The position numbers and the translations under genes were made by a program. From positions 23,746,001-23,810,000 of the forward strand of contig OZ024740.1 of NCBI GenBank assembly GCA_964016885.1: DNA of 64,000 nucleotides, in the 5' to 3' direction. Below are positions 41,701-56,900 of the stretch, in pieces. The notes under the pieces were generated by a model. The model was not told the DNA's origin. It worked only from the letters and a program-made list of their open reading frames with translations, and made no database searches. This stretch comes from Eledone cirrhosa. Its lineage: Eukaryota. The number at the start of each line of letters is the position of its first letter. Within the stretch, counting starts at the first letter, position 1.

Positions 41701-44700
41701 CGACTGGTAGTTACAACAACATGGCTGACATATATAGTTTATGTAGCTAGAGAAGGAAGTTGAGTCAACAACATACCAACTGGTAGTTACAACAACATGG
41801 CTGACATATATATCTTGTGTAGCTAGAGAAGGAAGCTGAGTCTACCAACAGACCAATTGGTAGTTATAACAAAATGGCTGACATATATAGATTGTGTAGC
41901 TAGAGAAGGAAGCTGAGTCAGTCAACAGACCAGCTGGTAGTTACAACAACATGGCTGACATTTATATCTTGTGTAGCTAGAGAAGGAAGCTGAGTCAACC
42001 AACAGACCAACTGGTAGTTACAACAACATGGCTGACATTTATAACTTGTGTAGCTAGATAATGAAGCTGAGTCAGCCAACAGACCTACTAGTAGTTACAA
42101 CAACATGGCTGACATATATAGCTTGTGTAGATAGAGAAGGCAGCTGAGTCAACCAACAGACCAACTGGTAGTTACAACAAAATGGCTGACATATATAGCT
42201 TGTGTAGCTAGAGAAGGAAGCTGAGTCAACCAACAGACCGACTGGTAGTTACAACAACATGGCTGACATATATAGCTTGTGTAGCTAGAAAAGGAAGCTG
42301 AGTCAACCAACAGACCTACTGGTAGTTAAAACAACATGGCTGACATATATACCTTGTGTAGCTAGAGAATGAAGCTGAGTCAACCAACAGACCAACTGGT
42401 AGTTAAAACAAAATGGCTGACATATATAGCTTGTGTAGCTAGAGAAGGAAGCTGAGTCAACCAACAGACCGACTGGTAGTTACAACAACATGGCTGACAT
42501 ATATAGCTTGTGTAGCTAGAAAAGGAAGCTGAGTCAACCAACAGACCTACTGGTAGTTAAAACAACATGGCTGACATATATAGCTTGTGTAGCTAGAGAA
42601 GGAAGCTGAGTCAACCAACAGACCAACTGGTAGTTACAACAACATGGCTGACATATATAGCTTGTGTAGCTAGAGAAGGAAGCTGAGTCAGTCAACAGAA
42701 CAACTAGTAGTTACAACAACATGGCTGACATATATATCTTGTGTAGCTAGAGAAGGAAGCTGATTTAACCAACATACCTACTGGTAGTTACAACAAAATG
42801 GCTGACATATATAGCTTGTGTAGCTAGAGAAGGAAGCTGAGTCAACCAACAGACCAACTGGTAGTTACAACAACATGTCTGACATATATATCTTGTGTAG
42901 CTAGAGAAGGAAGCTGAGTCAAGCAACAGAACAACTGGTAGTTACAACAACATGGCTGACATATATAGCTTGTGTAGATAGAGAAGGAAGCTGAGTCAAC
43001 CAACAGACCAACTGGTAGTTACAACAACATGGCTGACATATATAGCTTGTGTAGCTAGTGAAGGAAGCTGATTTAACCAACAGACCTACTGGTAGTTACA
43101 ACAACATGGCTGACATATATAGCTTGTGTAGCTAGAGAAGGAAGCTGACTCAACCAACAGACCTACTGGTAGTTACAACAACATGGCTGACATATATAGC
43201 TTCTGTAGCTAGAGAAGGAAGCTCAGTCTACCAACAGACCAACTGGTAGTTACAACAACATGGCTGACATTTATATCTTGTGTAGCTAGATAATGAAGCT
43301 GAGTCAGCCAACAGACCTACTAGTAGTTACAACAACATGGCTGACATATATAGCTTGTGTAGCTAGAGAAGGCAGCTGAGTCAACCAACAGACCAACTGG
43401 TAGTTACAACAACATGGCTGACATATATAGCTTGTGTAGCTAGAGAAGGAAACTGAGTCAGTCAACAGACCACCTGGTAGTTACAACAACATGGCTGACA
43501 TATATACCTTGTGTAGCTAGAGAAGGAAGCGGAGTCAACCAACAGACCAACTGGTAGTTACAACAACATGGCTGACATATATAGCTTCTGTAGCTAGAAA
43601 AGGAAGTTAAGTCAACCAACAGACCAACTGGTAGTTACAACAACATGGCTGATATATATAGCTTGTTTATCTTGAGAAGGAAGCTGAGTCAACCAACAGA
43701 CCAACTGGTAGTTACAACAACATGGCTGACATATATATCTTGTGTAGCTAGTGAAGGAAGCTGATTTAACCAACAGACCTACTGGTAGTTACAACAAAAT
43801 GGCTGACATATATAGCTTGTGTAGCTAGAGAAGGAAGCTGACTCAACCAACAGACCAACTGGTATTTATAACAACATGGCTGACATATATAGCTTCTGTA
43901 GATAGAGAAGGAAGCTTAGTCTACCAACAGACCAATTGGTAGTTACAACAACATGGCTGACATATATAGCTTGTGTAGCTAGAGAAGGAAGCTGAGTCAA
44001 CCAACAGACCAACTGGTAGTTACAACAACGTGGCTGACATTTATATCTTGTGTAGCTAGATAATGAAGCTGAGTCAGCCAACAGACCTACTAGTAGTTAC
44101 AACAACATGGCTGACATATATAGCTTGTGTAGCTAGAGAAGGCAGCTGAGTCAACCAACAGACCAACTGGTAGTTACAACAACATGGCTGACATATATAG
44201 CTTGTGTAGCTAGAGAAGGAAACTGAGTCAGTCAACAGACCACCTGGTAGTTACAACAACATGGCTGACATATATACCTTGTGTAGCTAGAGAAGGAAGC
44301 TGAGTCACCCAACAGACCAACTGGTAGTTACAACAACATGGCTGATATATATAGCTTGTGTAGCTAGAGAAGGAAGCTGAGTCAGTCAACAGACCAACTG
44401 GTAGTTACAACAACATGGCTGATATATATAGCTTGTGTAGCTAGAGAAGGAAGCTGAGTCAACCAACAGACCGACTGGTAGTTACAACAACATGGCTGAC
44501 ATATATATCTTGTGTAGCTAGAGAAAGAAGCTGAGTCAACCAACAGACCAACTGGTAGTTACAATAACATGGCTGACATTTATATCTTGTGTAGCTAGAG
44601 AAGGAAGCTGAGTCAACCAACAGACCAACTGGTCGTTACAACAACATGGCTGACATATATATCTTGTGTAGCTAGAGAAAGAAGCTGAGTCAAGCAACAG

Positions 44701-45349
44701 ACCAACTGGTAGTTACAACAACATGGCTGACATATATAGCTTGTGTAGCTAGAGAAGGAAGCTGAGTCAACCAACAGACCAACTGGTAGTTACAACAACA
44801 TGGCTGACATTTATATCTTGTGTAGTTAGATAATGAAGCTGAGTCTGCCAACAGACCTACTAGTAGTTACAACAACATGGCTGACATATATAGCTTGTGT
44901 AGCTAGAGAAGGCAGCTGAGTCAACCAACAGACCAACTGGTAGTTACAACAAAATGGCTGACATATATAGCTTGTGTAGCTAGAGAAGGAAGCTGAGTCA
45001 ACCAACAGACCGACTGGTAGTTACAACAACATGGCTGACATATATAGCTTGTGTAGCTAGAAAAGGAAGCTGAGTCAACCAACAGACCTACTGGTAGTTA
45101 AAACAACATGGCTGACATATATACCTTGTGTAGCTAGAGAATGAAGCTGAGTCAACCAACAGACCAACTGGTAGTTAAAACAAAATGGCTGACATATATA
45201 GCTTGTGTAGCTAGAGAAGGAAGCTGAGTCAACCAACAGACCGACTGGTAGTTACAACAACATGGCTGACATATATAGCTTGTGTAGCTAGAAAAGGAAG
45301 CTGAGTCAACCAACAGACCTACTGGTAGTTAAAACAACATGGCTGACAT

Positions 45350-47620
45350 ATATAGCTTCTGTAGCTAGAGAAGGAAGCTGAGTCTAGCAACAGACCAACT
45401 GGTAGTTACAACAACATGGCTGACATATATAGCTTGTGTAGCTAGAGAAGGAAGCTGAGTCAACCAACAGACCAACTGGTAGTTACAACAACATGGCTGA
45501 CATATATAGTTTCTGTAGCTAGAGAAGGAAGCTAAATCAACCAACAGACCTACTGGTAGTTACAACAACATGGCTGACATATATAGCTTCTGTAGCTAGA
45601 GAAGGAAGCTGAGTCAAGCAACAGATCAACTGGTAGTTACAACAACATGGGTGACATATATAGTTTGTGTAGCTAGAGAAGGAAGCTGAGTCAACCAACA
45701 GACCGACTGGTAGTTACAACAATATGGCTGACATATATAGCTTGTGTAGCTAGAAAAGGAAGCTGAGTCAACCAACAGACCTACTGTTAGTTAAAACAAC
45801 ATGGCTGACATATATAACTTGTGTAGCTAGAGAATGAAGCTGAGTCAACCAACAGACCAACTGGTAGTTACAACAACATGGCTGACATATATAGTTTATG
45901 TAGCTAGAGAAGGAAGTTGAGTCAACAACAGACCAACTGGTAGTTACAACAACATGGCTGACATATATATCTTGTGTAGCTAGAGAAGGAAGCTGAGTCT
46001 ACCAACAGACCAATTGGTAGTTACAACAAAATGGCTGACATATATAGATTGTGTAGCTAGAGAAGGAAGCTGAGTCAGTCAACAGACCAGCTGGTAGTTA
46101 CAACAACATGGCTGACATTTATATCTTGTGTAGCTAGAGAAGGAAGCTGAGTCAACCAACAGACCAACTGGTAGTTACAACAACATGGCTGACATATATA
46201 TATTGTGTAGCTAGAGAAGGAAGCTGAGTCAGTCACCAGACCAACTAGTAGTTACAACAACATGGCTGACATATATATCATGTGTAGCTAGAGAAGGAAG
46301 CTAAATCAACCAACAGACCAACTGGTAGTTACAACAACATGGCTGACATATATAGCTTGTGTAGCTAGAGAAGGAAGCTGAGTCATCCAACAGACCAACT
46401 GGTAGTTACAACAACATGGCTGACATATATAGCTTGTGTAGCTAGAGAAGGAAGCTGAGTCAACCAACAGACCAACTGGTAGTTACAACAACATGGCTGA
46501 CATTTATATCTTGTGTAGCTAGATAATGAAGCTGAGTCTGCCAACAGACCTACTAGTAGTTACAACAACATGGCTGACATATATAGCTTGTGTAGCTAGA
46601 GAAGGCAGCTGAGTCATCCAACAGACCAACTTGTAGTTACAACAACATGGCTGGCATATATAGCTTGTGTAGCTAGAGAAGGAAGCTGAGTCAACCAATA
46701 GACGAACTGGTAGTTACAACAACATGGCTGACATATATAGTTTCTGTAGCTAGAGAAGGAAGCTAAGTCAACCAACAGACCTACTGGTAGTTACAACAAC
46801 ATGGCTGACATATATAGCTTCTGTATCTAGAGAAGGAAGCTGAGTCAAGCAACAGACCAACTGGTAGTTACAACAACATGGCTGACATATATAGTTTGTG
46901 TAGCTAGAGAAGGAAGCTGAGTCAACCAACATACCGACTGGTAGTTACAACAACATGGCTGACATATATAGCTTGTGTAGCTAGAAAAGGAAGCTGAGTC
47001 AACCAACAGACCTACTGGTAGTTAAAACAACATGGCTGACATATATACCTTGTATAGCTAGAGAATGAAGCTGAGTCAACCAACAGACCAACTGGTAGTT
47101 ACAACAACATGGCTGACATATATAGTTTATGTAGCTAGAGAAGGAAGTTGAGTCAACAACAGAGCAACTGGTAGTTACAACAACATGGCTGACATATATA
47201 TCTTGTGTAGCTAGAGAAGGAAGCTGAGTCTACCAACAGACCAATTGGTAGTTACAACAAAATGGCTGACATATATAGATTGTGTAGCTAGAGAAGGAAG
47301 CTGAGTCAGTCAACAGACCAGCTGGTAGTTACAACAACATGGCTGACATTTATATCTTGTGTAGCTAGAGAAGGAAGCTGAGTCAACCAACAGACCAACT
47401 GGTAGTTACAACAACATGGCTGACATATATATATTGTGTAGCTAGAGAAGGAAGCTGAGTCAGTCACCAGACCAACTAGTAGTTAGAACAACATGGCTGA
47501 CATATATATCATGTGTAGCTAGAGAAGGAAGCTGAATCAACCAACAGACCAACTGGTAGTTACAACAACATGGCTGACATATATAGCTTGTGTAGCTAGA
47601 GAAGGAAGCTGAGTCAACCA
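45350..47620. repeat. Diverged 16-monomer (1231 bp) duplication
   Basis: 76-bp monomer marker GTTGAGTCAACAAC at 45916 and 47147, followed by the same series (AGATTGTG, CCAGCTGG, ATATTGTG, AGTCACCAG, TCATGTG). Several private differences separate the two copies. Confidence 0.8.
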
Positions 47621-50600
47621 ACAGACCAACTGGTAGTAATAACAACATGGCTAACATATATAGCTTGTGTAGCTAGAGAAGGAAACTGAGTCAGTCAACA
47701 GACCACCTGGTAGTTACAACAACATGGCTGACATATATAGCTTGTGTAGCTAGAGAAGGAAGCTGAGTCAACCAACAGACCAACTGGTAGTTACAACAAC
47801 ATGGCTGATATATATAGCTTGTGTAGCTAGAGAAGGAAGCTGAGTCAGTCAACAGACCAAATGGTAGTTACAACAACATGGCTGACATATATAGCTTGTG
47901 TAGCTAGAGAAGGAAGCTGAGTCAACCAACAGACCAACTGGTAGTTACAACAACATGGCTGACATATATAGCTTGTGTAACTAGAGAAGGAAACTGAATC
48001 AGTCAACAGACCAACTGGTAGTTACAACAACATGGCTGACATATATGGCTTGTGTAGCTACAGAAGGAACCTGAGTCAACCAACAGACCTAGTGGTAGTT
48101 ACAACAACATGGCTGACATATATAGCTCGTGTAGCGTGAGAAGGAAGATGACTTAGTCAACAGACCAACTAGTAGTTACAACAACATGGCTGACATATAT
48201 ATCTTGTGTAGCTAGAGAAGGAAGATGAGTCAGTCAACAGACCAACTAGTAGTTACAACCACATGGCTGACATATAAAGCTTGTGTAGCTAGAGAAGGAA
48301 GCTGAGACAGTCAACAGACCAACTAGTAGTTACAACTACATGGCTGACATATATATAGCTTGTGTAGCTAGAGAAGGAAGCTGAGACAGCCAACAGACCA
48401 ACTGGTAGTTACAACAACATGGCTGACATATATAGCTTGTGTAGCTAGAGTAGGAAGGTGAGTCAGCCAACAGACCTAATAGTAGTTACAACAACATGGC
48501 TGACATATATAGCTTGTGTAACTAGAGAAGGAAGCTGAGTCTACCTATAGACCAACTGGTAGTTACAACAACATGGCTGACATATATAGCTTGTGTAGCT
48601 AGAGAAGAAAGCTGACTCAGTCAACAGACCTACTAGTAGTTACAACAACATGGCTGACATATATAGCTTGTGTAGCTAGAGAAGGAAGCTGAGTCAGTCA
48701 ACAGACCAACTAGCTGTTACAACAACATGGCTGACATATATAGCTTGTGTAGCTAGAGAAGGAAGCTGAGTCAGTCAACAGACCAACTAGTAGTTACAAC
48801 AACATGGCTGACATATATAGCTTGTGTAACTAGAGAAGGAAGCCGAGTCAGTCAACAGAACAACTAGTAGTTACAACAACATGGCTGACATATATCTTGT
48901 GTAGCTAGAGAAGGAAGCCGAGTCAGTCAACAGAACAACTAGTAGTTACAACAACATGGCTGACATATATATCTTGTGTAGCTAGAGAAGGAAGCTGATT
49001 TAACCAACATACCTACTGGTAGTTACAACAAAATGGCTGACATATATAGCTTGTGTAGCTAGAGAAGGAAGCTGAGTCAACCAACAGACCAACTGGTAGT
49101 TACAACAACATGTCTGACATATATAGCTTCTGTAGCTAGAGAAGGAAGCTAAGTCAACCAACAGACCTACTGGTAGTTACAACAACATGGCTGACATATA
49201 TAGCTTCTGTAGTTAGAGAAGGAAGCTGAGTCAAGCAACAGACCAACTGGTAGTTACAACAACATGGCTGACATATATAGCTTGTGTAGCTAGAGAAGGA
49301 AGCTGAGTCAACCAACAGACCAACTGGTAGTTACAACAACATGGCTGACATATATAGCTTGTGTAGCTAGAGAAGGAAGCTGAGTCAACCAACAGACCAA
49401 CTGGTAGTTACAACAACATGGCTGACATATATATCTTGTGTAGCTAGTGAAGGAAGCTGATTTAACCAACAGACCTACTGGTAGTTACAACAAAATGGCT
49501 GACATATATAGCTTGTGTAGCTAGAGAAGGAAGCTGACTCAACCAACAGACCAACTGGTATTTACAACAACATGGCTGACATATATAGCTTCTGTAGCTA
49601 GAGAAGGAAGCTGAGTCAACCTAGAGACCAACTGGTAGTTACAACAACATGGCTGACATATATAGCTTGTGTAGCTAGATAATGAAGCTGAGTCAGCCAA
49701 CAGACCTACTAGTAGTTACAACAACATGGCTGACTTATATAGCTTGTGTAGCTAGAGAAGGCAGCTGAGACAACTAACAGACCAACTGGTAGTTACAACA
49801 ACATGGCTGACATATATAGATGGTGTAGCTAGAGAAGGAAGCGGAGTCAACCAACAGACCAACTGGTAGTTACAACAACATGGCTGACATATAATGCTTC
49901 TGTAGCTAGAAAAGGAAGCTAAGTCAACCAACAGACCTACTGGTAGTTACAACAACATTGCTGACATATATAGCTTCTGTAGCTAGAGAAGGAAGCTGAG
50001 TCAAGCAACAGACCAACTGGTAGTTACAACAACATGGCTGACATATATAGCTTGTGTAGCTAGAGAAGGAGGCTGAGTCAACCAACAGACCAACTGGTAG
50101 TTACAACAACATGGCTGACATATATAGCTTGTGTAGCTAGAGAAGGAAGCTGAGTCAACCAACAGACCAACTGGTAGTTACAACAACATGGCTGACATAT
50201 ATATCTTGTGTAGCTAGTGAAGGAAGCTGATTTAACCAACAGACCTACTGGTAGTTACAACAAAATTGCTGACATATATAGCTTGTGTAGCTAGAGAAGG
50301 AAGCTGACTCAACCAACAGACCAACTGGTATTTACAACAACATGGCTGACATATATAGCTTCTGTAGCTAGAGAAGGAAGCTGAGTCTACCAACAGACCA
50401 ATTGGTAGTTACAACAACATGGCTGACATTTATATCTTGTGTAGCTAGAAAAGGAAGCTGAGTCAACCAAGAGACCAACTGGTAGTTACAACAACATGAC
50501 TGACATATATAGCTTGTGTAGCTAGAGATCGAAGCTGAGTCAACCAACAGACCAACTGGTAGTTACAACAACATGGCTGACATTTATAACTTGTGTAGCT

Positions 50601-50949
50601 AGATAATGAAGCTGAGTCAGCCAACAGACCTACTAGTAGTTACAACAACATGGCTGACTTATATAGCTTGTGTAGCTAGAGAAGGCAGCTGAGACAACTA
50701 ACAGACCAACTGGTAGTTACAACAACATGGCTGACATATATAGCTTGTGTAGCTAGAGAAGGAAGCTGAGTCAACCAACAGACCGACTGGTAGTTACAAC
50801 AACATGGCTGAAATATATAGCTTGTGTAGCTAGAGAAGGAAGCGGAGTCAACCAACAGACCAACTGGTAGTTACAACAACATGGCTGATATATATAGCTA
50901 GTGTAGCTTGAGAAGGAAGCTGAGTCAACCAACAGACCAACTGGTAGTT

Positions 50950-53900
50950 ACAACAACATGGCTGACATATATATCTTGTGTAGCTACTGAAGGAAGCTGA
51001 TTTAACCAACAGACCTACTGGTAGTTACAACAAAAAGGCTGACATATATAGCTTGTGTAGCTAGAGAAGGAAGCTGACTCAACCAACAGACCAACTGGTA
51101 TTTATAACAACATGGCTGACATATATAGCTTCTGTAGCTAGAGAAGGAAGCTTAGTCTACCAACAGACCAATTGGTAGTTACAACAACATGGCTGACATA
51201 TATAGCTTGTGTAGCTAGAGAAGGAAGATTAGTCAACCAACAGACCAACTGGTAGTTACAACAACATGGCTGACATTTATATCTTGTGTAGCTAGATAAT
51301 GAAGCTGAGTCAGCCAACAGACCTACTAGTAGTTACAACAACATGGCTGACATATATAACTTGTGTAGCTAGAGAAGGCAGCTGAGTCAACCAACAGACC
51401 AACTGGTAGTTACAACAACATGGCTGACATATATAGCTTGTGTAGCTAGAGAAGGAAACTGAGTCAGTCAACAGACCACCTTGTAGTTACAACAACATGG
51501 CTGACATATATAACTTGTGTAGCTAGAGAAGGAAGCTGAGTCACCCAACAGACCAACTGGTAGTTACAACAACATGGCTGATATATATAGCTTGTGTAGC
51601 TAGAGAAGGAAGCTGAGTCAGTCAACAGACCAACTGGTAGTTACAACAACATGGCTGACATATATAGCTTGTGTAGCTAGAGAAGGAAGCTGAGTCAACC
51701 AACAGACCGACTGGTAGTTACAACAACATGGCTGACATATATAGCTTGTGTAGCTAGAAAAGGAAGCTGAGTCAACCAACAGACCAACTGGTAGTTACAA
51801 CAACATGGCTGACATATATATCTTGTGTAGCTAGAGAAAGAAGCTGAGTCAACCAACAGACAAACTGGTAGTTACAATAACATGGGTGACATTTATATCT
51901 TGTATAGCTAGAGAAGGAATCTGAGTCAACCAACAGACCAACTGGTAGTTACAACAACATGGCTGACATATATATCTTGTGTAGCTAGAGAAAGAAGCTG
52001 AGTCAACCAACAGACCAACTCGTGGTTACAATAACATGGCTGACATTTATATCTTGTGTAGCTAGAGAATGAAGCTGAGTCAGCTAACAGACCTACTAGC
52101 AGTTACAACAACATGGCAGACATATATAGCTTGTGTAGCTAGAGAAGGCAGCTGAGTCAACCAACAGAACAACTGGTAGTTACAACAACATGGCTGACAT
52201 ATATAGCTTGTGTAGCTAGAGAAGGAAGCTGAGTCAAGCAACAGACCAACTGGTAGTTACAACAACATGGCTGACATATATAGCTTGTGTAGCTAGAGAA
52301 GGAAGCTGAGTCAACCAACAGACCAACTGGTAGTTACAACAACATGGCTGACATTTATATCTTGTGTAGCTAGATAATGAAGCTGAGTCTGCCAACAGAC
52401 CTACTAGTAGTTACAAAAACATGGCTGACATATATAGCTTGTGTAGCTAGTGAAGGCAGCTGAGTCAACCAACAGACCAACTGGTAGTTACAACAACATG
52501 GCTGACATATATAGCTTGTGTAGCTAGAGAAGGAAGCTGAGTCAACCAACAGACCAACTGGTAGTTACAACAACATGGCTGACATATATAGTTTCTGTAG
52601 CTAGAGAAGGAAGCTAAGTCAACCAACAGACCTACTGGTAGTTACAACAACATGGCTGACATATATAGCTTCTGTAGCTAGAGAAGGAAGCTGAGTCAAG
52701 CAACAGACCAACTGGTAGTTACAAAAACATGGCTGACATATATACCTTGTGTAGCTAGAGAAGGAAGCTGAGTCAACCAACAGACCGACTGGTAGTTACA
52801 ACAACATGGCTGACATATATAGTTTATGTAGCTAGAGAAGGAAGTTGAGTCAACAACATACCAACTGGTAGTTACAACAACATGGCTGACATATATATCT
52901 TGTGTAGCTAGAGAAGGAAGCTGAGTCTACCAACAGACCAATTGGTAGTTATAACAAAATGGCTGACATATATAGATTGTGTAGCTAGAGAAGGAAGCTG
53001 AGTCAGTCAACAGACCAGCTGGTAGTTACAACAACATGGCTGACATTTATATCTTGTGTAGCTAGAGAAGGAAGCTGAGTCAACCAACAGACCAACTGGT
53101 AGTTACAACAACATGGCTGACATTTATAACTTGTGTAGCTAGATAATGAAGCTGAGTCAGCCAACAGACCTACTAGTAGTTACAACAACATGGCTGACTT
53201 ATATAGCTTGTGTAGCTAGAGAAGGCAGCTGAGACAACTAACAGACCAACTGGTAGTTACAACAACATGGCTGACATATATAGCTTGTGTAGCTAGAGAA
53301 GGAAGCTGAGTCAACCAACAGACCGACTGGTAGTTACAACAACATGGCTGACATATATAGCTTGTGTAGCTAGAGAAGGAAGCGGAGTCAACCAACAGAC
53401 CAACTGGTAGTTACAACAACATGGCTGATATATATAGCTAGTGTAGCTTGAGAAGGAAGCTGAGTCAACCAACAGACCAACTGGTAGTTACAACAACATG
53501 GCTGACATATATATCTTGTGTAGCTACTGAAGGAAGCTGATTTAACCAACAGACCTACTGGTAGTTACAACAAAAAGGCTGACATATATAGCTTGTGTAG
53601 CTAGAGAAGGAAGCTGACTCAACCAACAGACCAACTGGTATTTACAACAACATGGCTGACATATATAGCTTCTGTAGCTAGAGAAGGAAGCTGAGTCTAC
53701 CAACAGACCAATTGGTAGTTACAACAACATGGCTGACATTTATATCTTGTGTAGCTAGAAAAGGAAGCTGAGTCAACCAAGAGACCAACTGGTAGTTACA
53801 ACAACAAGACTGACATATATAGCTTGTGTAGCTAGAGAAGGAAGCTGAGTCAACCAACAGACCAACTGGTAGTTACAACAACATGGCTGACATTTATATC

Positions 53901-56900
53901 TTGTGTAGCTAGATAATGAAGCTGAGTCTGACAACAGACCTACTAGTAGTTACAAAAACATGGCTGACATATATAGCTTGTGTAGCTAGTGAAGGCAGCT
54001 GAGTCAACCAACAGACCAACTGGTAGTTACAACAACATGGCTGACATATATAGCTTGTGTAGCTAGAGAAGGAAGCTGAGTCAACCAACAGACCAACTGG
54101 TAGTTACAACAACATGGCTGACATATATAGTTTCTGTAGCTAGAGAAGGAAGCTAAGTCAACCAACAGACCTACTGGTAGTTACAACAACATGGCTGACA
54201 TATATAGCTTCTGTAGCTAGAGAAGGAAGCTGAGTCAAGCAACAGACCAACTGGTAGTTACAAAAACATGGCTGACATATATACCTTGTGTAGCTAGAGA
54301 AGGAAGCTGAGTCAACCAACAGACCGACTGGTAGTTACAACAACATGGCTGACATATATAGTTTATGTAGCTAGAGAAGGAAGTTGAGTCAACAACATAC
54401 CAACTGGTAGTTACAACAACATGGCTGACATATATATCTTGTGTAGCTACTGAAGGAAGCTGATTTAACCAACAGACCTACTGGTAGTTACAACAAAAAG
54501 GCTGACATATATAGCTTGTGTAGCTAGAGAAGGAAGCTGACTCAACCAACAGACCAACTGGTATTTATAACAACATGGCTGACATATATAGCTTCTGTAG
54601 CTAGAGAAGGAAGCTTAGTCTACCAACAGACCAATTGGTAGTTACAACAACATGGCTGACATATATAGCTTGTGTAGCTAGAGAAGGAAGATTAGTCAAC
54701 CAACAGACCAACTGGTAGTTACAACAACATGGCTGACATTTATATCTTGTGTAGCTAGATAATGAAGCTGAGTCAGCCAACAGACCTACTAGTAGTTACA
54801 ACAACATGGCTGACATATATAACTTGTGTAGCTAGAGAAGGCAGCTGAGTCAACCAACAGACCAACTGGTAGTTACAACAACATGGCTGACATATATAGC
54901 TTGTGTAGCTAGAGAAGGAAACTGAGTCAGTCAACAGACCACCTTGTAGTTACAACAACATGGCTGACATATATAACTTGTGTAGCTAGAGAAGGAAGCT
55001 GAGTCACCCAACAGACCAACTGGTAGTTACAACAACATAGCTGATATATATAGCTTGTGTAGCTAGAGAAGGAAGCTGAGTCAGTCAACAGACCAACTGG
55101 TAGTTACAACAACATGGCTGACATATATAGCTTGTGTAGCTAGAGAAGGAAGCTGAGTCAACCAACAGACCGACTGGTAGTTACAACAACATGGCTGACA
55201 TATATAGCTTGTGTAGCTAGAAAAGGAAGCTGAGTCAACCAACAGACCAACTGGTAGTTACAACAACATGGCTGACATATATATCTTGTGTAGCTAGAGA
55301 AAGAAGCTGAGTCAACCAACAGACAAACTGGTAGTTACAATAACATGGGTGACATTTATATCTTGTATAGCTAGAGAAGGAATCTGAGTCAACCAACAGA
55401 CCAACTGGTAGTTACAACAACATGGCTGACATATATATCTTGTGTAGCTAGAGAAAGAAGCTGAGTCAACCAACAGACCAACTCGTGGTTACAATAACAT
55501 GGCTGACATTTATATCTTGTGTAGCTAGAGAATGAAGCTGAGTCAGCTAACAGACCTACTAGCAGTTACAACAACATGGCAGACATATATAGCTTGTGTA
55601 GCTAGAGAAGGCAGCTGAGTCAACCAACAGAACAACTGGTAGTTACAACAACATGGCTGACATATATAGCTTGTGTAGCTAGAGAAGGAAGCTGAGTCAA
55701 GCAACAGACCAACTGGTAGTTACAACAACATGGCTGACATATATAGCTTGTGTAGCTAGAGAAGGAAGCTGAGTCAACCAACAGACCAACTGGTAGTTAC
55801 AACAACATGGCTGACATTTATATCTTATGTAGCTAGATAATGAAGCTGAGTCTGCCAACAGACCTACTAGTAGTTACAAAAACATGGCTGACATATATAG
55901 CTTGTGTAGCTAGTGAAGGCAGCTGAGTCAACCAACAGACCAACTGGTAGTTACAACAACATGGCTGACATATATAGCTTGTGTAGCTAGAGAAGGAAGC
56001 TGAGTCAACCAACAGACCAACTGGTAGTTACAACAAAATGGCTGACATATATAGTTTCTGTAGCTAGAGAAGGAAGCTAAGTCAACCAACAGACCTACTG
56101 GTAGTTACAACAACATGGCTGACATATATAGCTTCTGTAGCTAGAGAAGGAAGCTGAGTCAAGCAACAGACCAACTGGTAGTTACAAAAACATGGCTGAC
56201 ATATATACCTTGTGTAGCTAGAGAAGGAAGCTGAGTCAACCAACAGACCGACTGGTAGTTACAACAACATGGCTGACATATATAGTTTATGTAGCTAGAG
56301 AAGGAAGTTGAGTCAACAACATACCAACTGGTAGTTACAACAACATGGCTGACATATATATCTTGTGTAGCTAGAGAAGGAAGCTGAGTCTACCAACAGA
56401 CCAATTGGTAGTTATAACAAAATGGCTGACATATATAGATTGTGTAGCTAGAGAAGGAAGCTGAGTCAGTCAACAGACCAGCTGGTAGTTACAACAACAT
56501 GGCTGACATTTATATCTTGTGTAGCTAGAGAAGGAAGCTGAGTCAACCAACAGACCAACTGGTAGTTACAACAACATGGCTGACATTTATAACTTGTGTA
56601 GCTAGATAATGAAGCTGAGTCAGCCAACAGACCTACTAGTAGTTACAACAACATGGCTGACTTATATAGCTTGTGTAGCTAGAGAAGGCAGCTGAGACAA
56701 CTAACAGACCAACTGGTAGTTACAACAACATGGCTGACATATATAGCTTGTGTAGCTAGAGAAGGAAGCTGAGTCAACCAACAGACCGACTGGTAGTTAC
56801 AACAACATGGCTGACATATATAGCTTGTGTAGCTAGAGAAGGAAGCGGAGTCAACCAACAGACCAACTGGTAGTTACAACAACATGGCTGATATATATAG

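Noticed and set aside
10017-47657. Eleven minus-strand ORFs of 65-113 aa (QPCCCNYQLVCWLTQLPSLAT-type, Cys-rich)
   Set aside because: They are translations of the satellite. 77 is not a multiple of 3, so frames rotate through the same three peptides and hit stops within a few monomers. ORFs lengthen only where a variant removes a stop, and several rely on alternative start codons. No recognisable domain.
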